DNA of 64,000 nucleotides from a virus: IMG/VR virus record IMGVR_UViG_3300035698_000810, positions 2,839 through 66,838 of that record, one strand, 5' to 3'. The translations under genes and the position numbers were made by a program. How positions within the stretch are numbered: the first letter of the stretch is position 1; each line of letters begins with the position of its first letter. Shown one piece after another: positions 1 to 7,676 of the stretch. The notes beneath the pieces are model-generated. The model was not told the DNA's origin. It saw only the letters and a list, made by a program, of their open reading frames with translations, and did not search any database.

Positions 1-170
1 AAGACGTTGTCGTAGTCGCCGGATGTAGCCTCTTTCTCAAAGGCGTCTATCTCCTCACGCGGCACTTTAGCCCGCCGTAAGGCTTTTCTGACAGCACCAA
101 TGATAGCGAATGCGTTACCATCGGTACCGACAAGCTTGACAGTGATATCGGGGTATCTTAGAGCTTGCAT
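1..170 (-). CDS. conserved small phage protein (DGNAF...SGDYD family), runs off the left edge
   Basis: Manual translation from ATG at 170: MQALRYPDITVKLVGTDGNAFAIIGAVRKALRRAKVPREEIDAFEKEATSGDYDNV; RBS GGAGG (179-183, minus); not in the ORF track because it is truncated. Confidence 0.8.
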   Translation of the reverse strand, partial: MQALRYPDITVKLVGTDGNAFAIIGAVRKALRRAKVPREEIDAFEKEATSGDYDNV

Positions 171-412
171 GCTGCTGGCCTCCCACGCTGTCTCTTCTTG
201 GTCCGTATCTTGACCATCTGAGCGTGGAATTTGGTGCCCTTACCGTGGAACCGCTGCGAACCCTTGCTTGCTGTGCCAGGGTTCGTCATCATGCTGCGAA
301 GGCTAGGGATCGCGTCTCCAGCCGCATGGTGCAACAGTCCATTAACTGCTCCGCCCATGTTACTGAACAAGGATCCCATGAGCATTGCCATCATTGAGTG
401 GCGTGGTCTCAT
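158..412 (-). CDS. hypothetical early protein
   Basis: 84-aa ORF, GGAGG RBS upstream, packed between neighbouring genes. Confidence 0.55.
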   Translation of the reverse strand: MRPRHSMMAMLMGSLFSNMGGAVNGLLHHAAGDAIPSLRSMMTNPGTASKGSQRFHGKGTKFHAQMVKIRTKKRQRGRPAACKL

Positions 413-415
413 GCT

Positions 416-694
416 CTATGCCTCCACTAAGATGTAACGGTCATCGTCATCACGTATGGTCAGACGGTTGATACCGCGGTAACCATTCATGATGCACTTC
501 CAAGCACCTTTGATACGCTCCGAGCGCACACACTCGACGATTGTGCCTAGTACTTCGGACCGCTTGTTCACGGCAGTCATGCCGTATACAATTGTCCGCT
601 TTACTACTAGTCCAGCTCTTGGTGTACGTATCGTAGGAGTCGTACGGATAGTCTGTTCATGTATTGAAGATTTGAACATGTGATAGCTCTCCAT
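416..694 (-). CDS. hypothetical early protein (start may be the ATG at 679)
   Basis: ORF directly downstream of the promoter/hairpin/boxA leader. Confidence 0.6.
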   Translation of the reverse strand: MESYHMFKSSIHEQTIRTTPTIRTPRAGLVVKRTIVYGMTAVNKRSEVLGTIVECVRSERIKGAWKCIMNGYRGINRLTIRDDDDRYILVEA

Positions 695-727
695 GAAAGT
701 TAATCAAGGGAATTGGATCTATTCACG

Positions 728-739
728 ATGTCAAATAGC
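728..739 (-). promoter_or_regulatory. boxA-like antitermination site GCTATTTGACAT
   Basis: Resembles rrn boxA (E. coli TGCTCTTTAACA); preceded on the minus strand by a long hairpin (about 747-819) and the 827-865 promoter. Confidence 0.55.
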
Positions 740-826
740 GTTACACAATCAAACCGTATCGCACTCCTTGCATGCCAGGGTAGTCCCTGAGCACCAGTTC
801 ACTATGCGATGCGCCTGATCTCTATT

Positions 827-865
827 ATACTATGGTATCAGTGTCTCTATGTATACCACCGTAAT
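827..865 (-). promoter_or_regulatory. conserved early promoter ATTACG-N4-TATACA-N17-TAGTAT
   Basis: One of five copies with identical spacing; sigma70-like -35/-10. Confidence 0.75.
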
Positions 866-872
866 AAACAAT

Positions 873-906
873 AAAAAAATGGCCCCTCGCTCGAGAGCGA
901 GAGGCC
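873..906 (-). terminator. Rho-independent terminator
   Basis: Minus strand GGCCTCTCGCT-CTCG-AGCGAGGGGCC then A and T7, downstream of the 945-1277 gene. Confidence 0.8.
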
Positions 907-944
907 GAAGTAATACTAGTTGGTTAGGATATGCTTGCCGGCTG

Positions 945-1277
945 CTATCTTATCAATTGGTTCCGTGCCCATGATGAAGGTACCTTAAAGTTGAACCGTA
1001 TTGACATTTTACGGTCTTGGTTACAAACAACCACGATACTCGACGTGGCTACTCTAAATCGTTCTTGCAACGACTCCTCCAACTGTTCTACAGTCACTGG
1101 ACCCACGCGATGAACGAATACAGTAAGCATACCACGGTCCCAGAAAGGTTCTGGTGAGACGTAATCAGCATGCTGCCAATTAGTGATCACACACTGTACT
1201 ACACCCAGTAGTAGTCGCTCGATCGCTACATAAGCAGCAGCGTCTTCATCAAGATCAGATATAGATGTATCACTCAT
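945..1277 (-). CDS. hypothetical early protein
   Basis: 110-aa ORF coupled (TAATG) to the upstream gene and followed by a terminator. Confidence 0.7.
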   Translation of the reverse strand: MSDTSISDLDEDAAAYVAIERLLLGVVQCVITNWQHADYVSPEPFWDRGMLTVFVHRVGPVTVEQLEESLQERFRVATSSIVVVCNQDRKMSIRFNFKVPSSWARNQLIR

Positions 1278-1873
1278 TACAGTTCATCCTTTTCGAAGAC
1301 AACCACGATAACAGAACCGTTTGTCTTGTCATCGTTGTGGTGCTCAAGGTATACAGTGCTAAAGTAACGCACTGCCGACCAGGCTTCGCCACCGAGCATG
1401 GACTTCACAGCGTGTGTTATGTTTAACTGCAACTGCCATAGATCGGCTACAGACACCGTGATGTTGTTGTCCAGTGTAATGATCACGTTGCCTGAATTGA
1501 AGCACATGGAGTCTTCAATAGTTAGCCCAGGCATGTTCTTTACAAAGCCACTCACGAGGTTTATTCGATGTTGAATGTCACCACGCTCTGTGGACTCGAT
1601 ATCCACGGACACGACGTCCATGTACTTGTTGTCGTCCATCACAATATTAAGCGCGCTATGCACCGCTCGTAGTATTGCATCACGATGCACCGCTCGTTGT
1701 ACTATATCACGCTGATCATCATCTAGTTTATCAGCGTAGTCGTTGATGAACTGTTGGAGTAAAACGTTGATGCCATTGCACGCATCATTTAATGGCACGT
1801 CTGATAACGTGGCTATGTTAGACATCATGCCACCGACATGCTTACACCACTGTCTATATGTATCGCTACTCAT
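1277..1873 (-). CDS. hypothetical early protein
   Basis: 198-aa ORF, AGGAG RBS, promoter and boxA upstream. Confidence 0.75.
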   Translation of the reverse strand: MSSDTYRQWCKHVGGMMSNIATLSDVPLNDACNGINVLLQQFINDYADKLDDDQRDIVQRAVHRDAILRAVHSALNIVMDDNKYMDVVSVDIESTERGDIQHRINLVSGFVKNMPGLTIEDSMCFNSGNVIITLDNNITVSVADLWQLQLNITHAVKSMLGGEAWSAVRYFSTVYLEHHNDDKTNGSVIVVVFEKDEL

Positions 1874-1912
1874 GATACAGTCTCCTGTTCAGGTTAATGT
1901 GTTGGGATTCGA

Positions 1913-1924
1913 ATGTCAAAGAAC
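1913..1924 (-). promoter_or_regulatory. boxA-like site GTTCTTTGACAT
   Basis: Close match to rrn-type boxA, immediately after a GTGTGG/CCACAC hairpin. Confidence 0.6.
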
Positions 1925-1959
1925 TAGTGTGGTAGTGTCGTCGTTCCACACACACTATA

Positions 1960-1998
1960 ATACTATTTAATCAGTGAATCAATGTACATACACGTAAT
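1960..1998 (-). promoter_or_regulatory. conserved early promoter ATTACG-N4-TGTACA-N17-TAGTAT
   Basis: Copy of the repeated promoter motif. Confidence 0.75.
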
Positions 1999-2271
1999 GT
2001 ACTTCATTATTGAGCACACGCGCAAGCGTCGAGACCCCGTGATATACACGAGCGCCTAACTACTTGATAACCCATAGTAGTTGGCAGGGTTACCAGGATA
2101 TGATGGAGTTACTGGTGGTTGAGGGATCAAGGTCCCGGGGCCCAGACGGATCACCCAATGAGATACAATGAACCACCTAACACACCCACGATATATTATT
2201 CGATCGAGGTCCACGGCTCACCACCCCGTCACCGACAATAGGTATTCAGGGACACGAAATAGCGGATAAAG

Positions 2272-2302
2272 AAAAACCCTGCAGCCCGAAGGCTGCAGGG
2301 TT
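2272..2302 (-). terminator. Rho-independent terminator with UUCG tetraloop
   Basis: Minus strand AACCCTGCAGCC-TTCG-GGCTGCAGGG-TTTTT, directly after the 2309 stop. Confidence 0.9.
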
Positions 2303-2308
2303 CTGGTG

Positions 2309-2644
2309 TTACGACTCCGCGATAAGGCCGAGCTCGATGAGATCTTTCTTGTAGTACGCCACGATGCGCTCAGGATCTTGTGTGGTCGACAGACCTGCGT
2401 TCTTTGCGAGCACTGCCCACTCTTTGAGCGAGACCTTGGCACCGATATCCAGTGCTGTTATAATCACGCGCGCCTGCTTCGCGAGTCCGTCAGCGGGTAT
2501 CACCGCGTCAAGCCTTTTCCACACCTTCGCGCGTGACTTACGTTGCGACAACTCTTCAATAACTGCCAGCAACTCTTCAGTTTTCCACTCATCTTTTTCT
2601 GATAACGTGGCTGCGAATGCGTCTAGTGATATGCGTTTTCCCAT
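2309..2644 (-). CDS. small helical (winged-helix-like) protein, paralogue 1
   Basis: Start placed at ATG 2644 (GGAG RBS at 2652-2655); motif LAKQARVI...TTQDPERIVAYYKKDLIELG shared with the 56784 and 60044 ORFs. Confidence 0.75.
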   Translation of the reverse strand: MGKRISLDAFAATLSEKDEWKTEELLAVIEELSQRKSRAKVWKRLDAVIPADGLAKQARVIITALDIGAKVSLKEWAVLAKNAGLSTTQDPERIVAYYKKDLIELGLIAES

Positions 2645-2674
2645 AAGAAAACTCCATTGCTGTTGATGATTCAA

Positions 2675-2686
2675 TTGTCAAAGAAC
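2675..2686 (-). promoter_or_regulatory. boxA-like site GTTCTTTGACAA
   Basis: Follows a TGAGTGA/TTACTCA hairpin on the minus strand; TGTACA-N16-TAAAAT promoter with extended -10 TG upstream (about 2720-2747). Confidence 0.6.
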
Positions 2687-2833
2687 ACATGAGTAAGTTG
2701 TTATTCACTCAATACGTAGATTTTATCACATTGAATATGAATGTACATATAAATATGCATAATTATATTTCTTTGTTCAGCAACATTATTACTTGAACGT
2801 GCATATGAACGTAAGATATAGAGAGCGCACACG

Positions 2834-2929
2834 CTAACGTTCGTTAATGAAGACTCACTAACCTTCGTTAACATGTTGACGTTCGTTAATTATCGCATTA
2901 ACCTTCGTTAACATACTAACGTTCGTTAA
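2834..2929. repeat. five copies of a 14-bp quasi-palindrome YTRACSTTCGTTAA
   Basis: Copies start at 2834, 2858, 2876, 2898 and 2916. Confidence 0.9.
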
Positions 2930-3219
2930 CTCGAATAAGGGTTTCCTTTTTTGAGAACAATTGTACGCGTGTCTGGGGCCCTGGGCAGGGGATTTGCTTT
3001 GCACATCATTGTTATATATTGCAGGCATAGCTACATCGTAAATGGAAACCCAGAACGCATGTTCACCTTTTGTTCTTTTGGGTAGTACATATTGCTCGAC
3101 AGGTGGTTATAAATGTGTCCCCCTGATGTTGACGTAAAATAGGTCTGACATCAGTAGATATTGACCGAACTGTGGGGTGGCCAAAGGGCCCTGCCTCAAT
3201 TTTAATGTAAGTGTTAAAA

Positions 3220-3404
3220 GTGTTATATATATAGATATTTTTATTAATAACCTCTAATTATCTAAGTCTAAATTAGTTGTTGTTATATTATGTTTAATAG
3301 TAAATCAATTATATCAACATCAACACAAAAGACATCAGTAGTTAATCCCCATATTTTTATGTAGTCTTCTATTGTTATGTAATAATTTAATCTGTATATA
3401 TAAC
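3220..3404 (+). repeat. dispersed ~185-bp self-complementary element, copy 1 (candidate ncRNA or cis-acting site)
   Basis: 84/120 identity by manual ungapped alignment to 57312 onward; ends 3222-3236 and 3390-3404 are complementary. Confidence 0.75.
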
Positions 3405-3512
3405 CCGGAAATAACCCCCAACCCCTTTGGTATAACCGGAACCTAGACTCCGTTTACATAACTAACTACCTGCAGTACTATCTTAATACATAAATTGTAA
3501 GGGACCTGGTTC

Positions 3513-3662
3513 ATGGGTAAGAAGGTAATTAAGCTCGGAAAGGAAACCGAGAAAAGTACGACTAAGCAGATCTATGACCAGAAAAATAAGTCTGCTATCC
3601 ATATGCTGCACCTAACCACCACAAGCATTAGGCCCACGCCCCTCCCCACTAATACAAACTAA
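3513..3662 (+). CDS. possible 49-aa basic peptide
   Basis: MGKKVIKLGKETEKSTTKQIYDQ...; AAGGGA upstream; below the ORF-track length cutoff. Confidence 0.3.
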   Translation: MGKKVIKLGKETEKSTTKQIYDQKNKSAIHMLHLTTTSIRPTPLPTNTN

Positions 3663-3742
3663 TTACTATCGGGTATATACTCTTTAGTCCTGATTATATA
3701 TAGTCTATTTGTTTGTACGTTGTATTACTTCATATCGATCCA

Positions 3743-3882
3743 GCGGACAATTAGGCGTAACGTCCAGCATGAGGTCGCTGTTGCCACAGCACCAGGGAAT
3801 AGTGCATTAAATATAACGCCAGGCCCGTGCGATCCGGGTCACTTATTCAGGGAGAGGTGTTGTGGCAGTTCCTAAAGTCCGT
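3743..3882 (+). ncRNA. candidate structured ncRNA or leader RNA
   Basis: Five nested helices in an intergenic stretch, with G-U wobbles on the plus strand. Confidence 0.45.
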
Positions 3883-3946
3883 AACCCTAAACCCTCTTGG
3901 TTTCAATCCAAGCTACAGCTTGTGAAACAATGGCTAGGAATATAGA

Positions 3947-4546
3947 ATGAGTATCGTGAAAAATAGCCTAGAGCAGCTGCATCCTGAATCAGACTGTAAT
4001 TCTTGCGGCTTAGCGCGAGTCGAGTACGAAGCACGGGGCTGCAATCAACCTCTTGATGTGTGCTGTCCCCACGCTCTCCACGACAGAATGCAAAAGCAAA
4101 AAGTGCACGAGCGCATGCAGATAGACGAGGTAGCTATCTCCGAGTACGACACTGCGTCTCCGAAATCTGCTGATCTTACTGAGGCTGCGTTAGAGCAGGT
4201 GATAGATCAGATAATGAATTTCAAGATTGACCAGGACCCTGTGCAAGGTGTAGGGGTCCCGGAGATGCTGACTCGGCTTACTCCCCCTGCGTCTGATACA
4301 ATGCAGAATGCTTTCATCGAAGAGCGGCGGGGGTATATGGCCTGGAAGATGCAGCAGGTACATCCTTCTGTATTACTACTTCGTAAGATAACTGACGTGT
4401 TGGAACGGTGGGAGTTGAAACTGCAGGATCATGCTACTTCTCCTGCCCAATCCCCCTTAAGCCTTAATAATTTGCAAGGTGACATACATGCACTGATCAG
4501 TGAAATGACTGAGCATACTTTAATGTTTGATAAGGAACCGAAATGA
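3947..4546 (+). CDS. hypothetical protein with N-terminal Cys cluster
   Basis: 199 aa; CxxC...C...CC near the N-terminus; ATGA overlap with the next gene. Confidence 0.65.
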   Translation: MSIVKNSLEQLHPESDCNSCGLARVEYEARGCNQPLDVCCPHALHDRMQKQKVHERMQIDEVAISEYDTASPKSADLTEAALEQVIDQIMNFKIDQDPVQGVGVPEMLTRLTPPASDTMQNAFIEERRGYMAWKMQQVHPSVLLLRKITDVLERWELKLQDHATSPAQSPLSLNNLQGDIHALISEMTEHTLMFDKEPK

Positions 4547-4860
4547 ACGATCAGCATCGTCTGTCTCCTATGCCAGCTGGTAAGAAGTCTGGTTGGGGAC
4601 CGTCTATAATTCCCAGCGGTACTCTTAAGTTTAGACTAGCCTTGACTCCAATAGATGAGGAGGTTCAGGGTGAGTTGACGCTGACTCCGATAGAGGTTTC
4701 CAGAATGCTGATGGGCCCCACTCCCCTTGGTCAGGATCAGGCGGCGGTGTTGAATCATTTAAGGGCTCGCGAGGATAGGCGGGTACTAGTGGATAATATA
4801 CTAGTAGGACTACGCGATCGTATGTTAGCCACGTTGGACGAAGTGGTGAGTAAGTCATGA
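4543..4860 (+). CDS. hypothetical protein
   Basis: 105 aa, ATGA-coupled on both sides. Confidence 0.65.
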   Translation: MNDQHRLSPMPAGKKSGWGPSIIPSGTLKFRLALTPIDEEVQGELTLTPIEVSRMLMGPTPLGQDQAAVLNHLRAREDRRVLVDNILVGLRDRMLATLDEVVSKS

Positions 4861-4994
4861 CCACCCTCACAGACCGCCTCCGCGCCGCGACCGGGCCTGA
4901 TAGGGAGTTGGAAGGATTGATCTTTGACTCCCTAAACAAAAGGCCAGAATACCCAGATGAGTTTGGACATGGGGAAGCAGGGGGTAAGCCATGA
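4857..4994 (+). CDS. 45-aa protein with a GPDREL-type N-terminus, possibly a remnant
   Basis: Manual translation MTTLTDRLRAATGPDRELEGLIFDSLNKRPEYPDEFGHGEAGGKP; ATGA overlaps at both ends. Confidence 0.55.
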   Translation: MTTLTDRLRAATGPDRELEGLIFDSLNKRPEYPDEFGHGEAGGKP

Positions 4995-5224
4995 GTGATT
5001 TAGACGCGCTGCGGGAAGATTTTAATGTTGCACACTCAACGGGCGTGGAGATTGGCAAATCTGCGGTAGCCGTTATACGTGATCTACAGGCAGAGAACGA
5101 GCGGCTGCGTGAGGCTTTGGTGTTGGTTTTAGACTCCGTTGAGGGGTGCCATGATTGTTGGCGGCTTATGGCAACTGACGACGAAAAGGCACAGATACGC
5201 GCAGCACTGGAGGGTGAAACATGA
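4991..5224 (+). CDS. small coiled-coil accessory protein
   Basis: ENERLREAL...IRAALEG pattern typical of small phage accessory genes. Confidence 0.7.
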   Translation: MSDLDALREDFNVAHSTGVEIGKSAVAVIRDLQAENERLREALVLVLDSVEGCHDCWRLMATDDEKAQIRAALEGET

Positions 5225-5778
5225 TTGATTTAGACGCGCTGCGGAAAGCGGCAGAGGCGGCAACGCCGGGGCCGTGGCGCACCACGCTAGTTGATGACAC
5301 CCGCATCGAGACGGACTGCCATTCGCCCGTTGCGTGCACTGCTTCGGAAACCGACTACGAAGATAATTACCATGAATATTATAAGCGTGACGCCACCTAC
5401 ATAGCAGCAGCCGACCCCACCACCGTCCTCTCACTGATAGCAGAGAACAAAATTATGCGATCTGCCGTAATCTCTGAGGTTAAAGATGATCGCGGAGACA
5501 TCGCGAAAGTCTGCCTTGAGTGCGGCGGGTATGACGACGAAACAGGAGCAGAAACCCACTCGCCTGAATATATCCTTTACAACACCACATCTACCCAGGA
5601 CCCTAACGCAACACTAAATTCAATGATTTTGGGCCTTCACGCGATGTTGTTTGGCGAGTCGTCACAACAAGACCCAGAGCACGCCCTAGCGTCCATATCA
5701 GACGGCGGCGAGATACACGAGTTTGTTCATGAAATGGTCAGGCTGTTACCTCATAATTCCAAAAAGCTTAGAGGTTAG
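5221..5778 (+). CDS. Ead/Ea22-like protein
   Basis: LDALRKAAEAATPGPW...DATYIAAADPTTVLSLIAE signature. Confidence 0.75.
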   Translation: MIDLDALRKAAEAATPGPWRTTLVDDTRIETDCHSPVACTASETDYEDNYHEYYKRDATYIAAADPTTVLSLIAENKIMRSAVISEVKDDRGDIAKVCLECGGYDDETGAETHSPEYILYNTTSTQDPNATLNSMILGLHAMLFGESSQQDPEHALASISDGGEIHEFVHEMVRLLPHNSKKLRG

Positions 5779-5886
5779 GAATAAAAATGCCAAAGATTAC
5801 TATAGTGATACTGAGGCTAGTTTCTAGTCTGTATACACCATAATATATTTTGTATATAGTAAACAAAGATTAACCAGGAGAGTAGT

Positions 5887-6345
5887 ATGGCAGTCCCAGT
5901 ATTCGACCATAACGTAGTCCACGACATTCGCAGCGATGAGCCGACAACAAGCGACGGGACCCATGTCCTCGGTCTTATCTTAGATAACGTGTCTACGCAG
6001 ATGAAGTACGCATTAGTCTGGCAGCGTGCCGATGCGGTAGACAAAACCAAGTGGATGATCGTTGCGAGTTACTGGGCGGTGTGGGAGCATTCTCAGAATG
6101 TGTATACTACTTCAACGGGCCTTGTTGTTCGGGGTACGCTTGAAGAAATACTTGACGCTGTTGGAGAAGAGGAAATGATCTGGGGCTGGTTCGATGACAT
6201 CACACACGACATCATTAAGTTATTTGCAGACCCTGACGCACCTGACGTACCACCTACACCAACCACTCTGACTTCGATTGAACGGTTGCGGTCTAAGCTG
6301 TTACGCGTTTACTTCACTGATAACCAGGGTATCAACCACACATAG
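5887..6345 (+). CDS. hypothetical protein
   Basis: 152 aa, AGGAG RBS. Confidence 0.7.
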   Translation: MAVPVFDHNVVHDIRSDEPTTSDGTHVLGLILDNVSTQMKYALVWQRADAVDKTKWMIVASYWAVWEHSQNVYTTSTGLVVRGTLEEILDAVGEEEMIWGWFDDITHDIIKLFADPDAPDVPPTPTTLTSIERLRSKLLRVYFTDNQGINHT

Positions 6346-6353
6346 GGTTACAC

Positions 6354-6773
6354 ATGGCGGTTAAAAAAGATACCAGGGCCTTTGACTGGTTGGGTCTAGC
6401 CGAGGCTGCAGAGCAAGTGGGTATAGACTACCAAACGTTCGCGTACCAAATGCGCGAGGGAAACTTCCCTGTCAGACAGATTGGTAAGACGTACCTAGTG
6501 CATAAGGACATCATCGCTGATCGCAAGGCTATCGAAGTAGGCCGCGCCAACGCCCGCACAACGCAGGATAAGCGTAGGGCTGTGATACAAGAGTCTATGC
6601 CTCCAGGTCTCAAGGTAAAGGATGATCCAATCATTGCGAAGACCCTAGGCAAGGGAATACATCCGCTGTTCGTTAGGCGAATGGAACTAGTAGAGAGTGG
6701 AGAGCTAGGTATAACCCCTGAGCCGATAAGTGAGTCGGCACTGAAAGAAGCTGAAGATGAGGAAGCAGCGTAA
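6354..6773 (+). CDS. excisionase/MerR-type HTH (HTH_17-like) DNA-binding protein
   Basis: WLGLAEAAEQVGIDYQTFAYQMREGNFPVRQIGKTYLV. Confidence 0.7.
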   Translation: MAVKKDTRAFDWLGLAEAAEQVGIDYQTFAYQMREGNFPVRQIGKTYLVHKDIIADRKAIEVGRANARTTQDKRRAVIQESMPPGLKVKDDPIIAKTLGKGIHPLFVRRMELVESGELGITPEPISESALKEAEDEEAA

Positions 6774-6930
6774 TGAAGCTAACACTACTTATGCAGATGC
6801 GCCTATCAAGGGCGCGGAGGCTACGAAAACCCTACCCGCCTCAAAGACGGCTCGCAATGGCGAAGCGTCTCAAAACGTAAGGCGGGGCGGACAGAACGGC
6901 GGTAAAGGTAGCGTCCGCAAATACGGATAG
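6757..6930 (+). CDS. possible 57-aa basic protein
   Basis: Manual translation MRKQRNEANTTYADAPIKG...RRGGQNGGKGSVRKYG; fills the gap up to the next RBS. Confidence 0.4.
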   Translation: MRKQRNEANTTYADAPIKGAEATKTLPASKTARNGEASQNVRRGGQNGGKGSVRKYG

Positions 6931-6942
6931 AGGATTAGAATC

Positions 6943-7248
6943 ATGGGTGATGCAACAGAGCTCGCAGCCCCTCAGATGAAGTTAGGTAAGGTCAGAGTGA
7001 TTGCAACTAGTGAGAAGAGCCCAGAGTTACACGCGCTAGTTAAGTTGTCTAGATCGGCTGATAGGTTATCTGATACAGTTAGACAGTATGTAGTTGCATT
7101 AAAACTACTGTCAGCTGACATAGGGGTAATCGGAGATACCTCTACGGATGAGGGTTTCCAGAAACTCATAGACACACTTGATGAGTATGATCATACAATC
7201 GAGACTATCGCGAAGGAGCTGAAACTTGACAGACCAAATCGTCGCTGA
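6943..7248 (+). CDS. hypothetical protein
   Basis: 101 aa, GAGGA RBS. Confidence 0.65.
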   Translation: MGDATELAAPQMKLGKVRVIATSEKSPELHALVKLSRSADRLSDTVRQYVVALKLLSADIGVIGDTSTDEGFQKLIDTLDEYDHTIETIAKELKLDRPNRR

Positions 7249-7636
7249 AGACTTCATCCGCACTGGCCAGTGGGTTGCGTTCGCTGAAGCAGTAACCATG
7301 CTGAAGGAGTATAGTGAGAGCCGGCTGCTCTATCGCTGTAAGCTCCACGACGTTAAGAGCATGACCTTGGGTAAGACCAAGATGATTGAAACAGATAGCC
7401 TGATCGCCTTTGCTGAAGAGTCCAGCATTGAGATGACAGAGCCTGCATTCAGTAAGTGGGATATGATCCGTACTGGGAAGTGGAAGTCCGTTGAGGAAGC
7501 TGCTCAGTATCTGGAACTAACCCGGCACCAAGTCTACTATCACATTAGGTCTGATAACCTAATGGCTGCAGACGTAGATGGCATGGTCCTCGTATCCGCT
7601 GAGAGCCTGGAGAATTTTGACACTACGACTGGTTAA
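7226..7636 (+). CDS. tandem HTH_17-like DNA-binding protein
   Basis: Two internal repeats: IRTGQWVAFAEAVTML... and IRTGKWKSVEEAAQYLELTRHQVYYHIR. Confidence 0.7.
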   Translation: MTDQIVAEDFIRTGQWVAFAEAVTMLKEYSESRLLYRCKLHDVKSMTLGKTKMIETDSLIAFAEESSIEMTEPAFSKWDMIRTGKWKSVEEAAQYLELTRHQVYYHIRSDNLMAADVDGMVLVSAESLENFDTTTG

Positions 7637-7676
7637 TTCGTTTACGAAACAGTTAGTTACGGTATAGCTATAGACC

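Noticed and set aside
1900-1960. TTCGAATCCC on the minus strand resembling a tRNA T-loop
   Set aside because: No T-stem partner or cloverleaf; it lies next to the boxA-like site
2898-2912. Canonical CtrA or alphaproteobacterial LexA box
   Set aside because: Spacing is TTAA-N6-TTAA rather than N7, and no GTTC-N7-GTTC was seen
2834-2929. Possible mini-CRISPR array
   Set aside because: Repeats of 14 bp and spacers of 4-10 bp are far too short, and there are no cas genes
3860-3885. AAAGTCC resembling the RNase P conserved region
   Set aside because: Flanking GAGGA and the 3' P4 partner are absent
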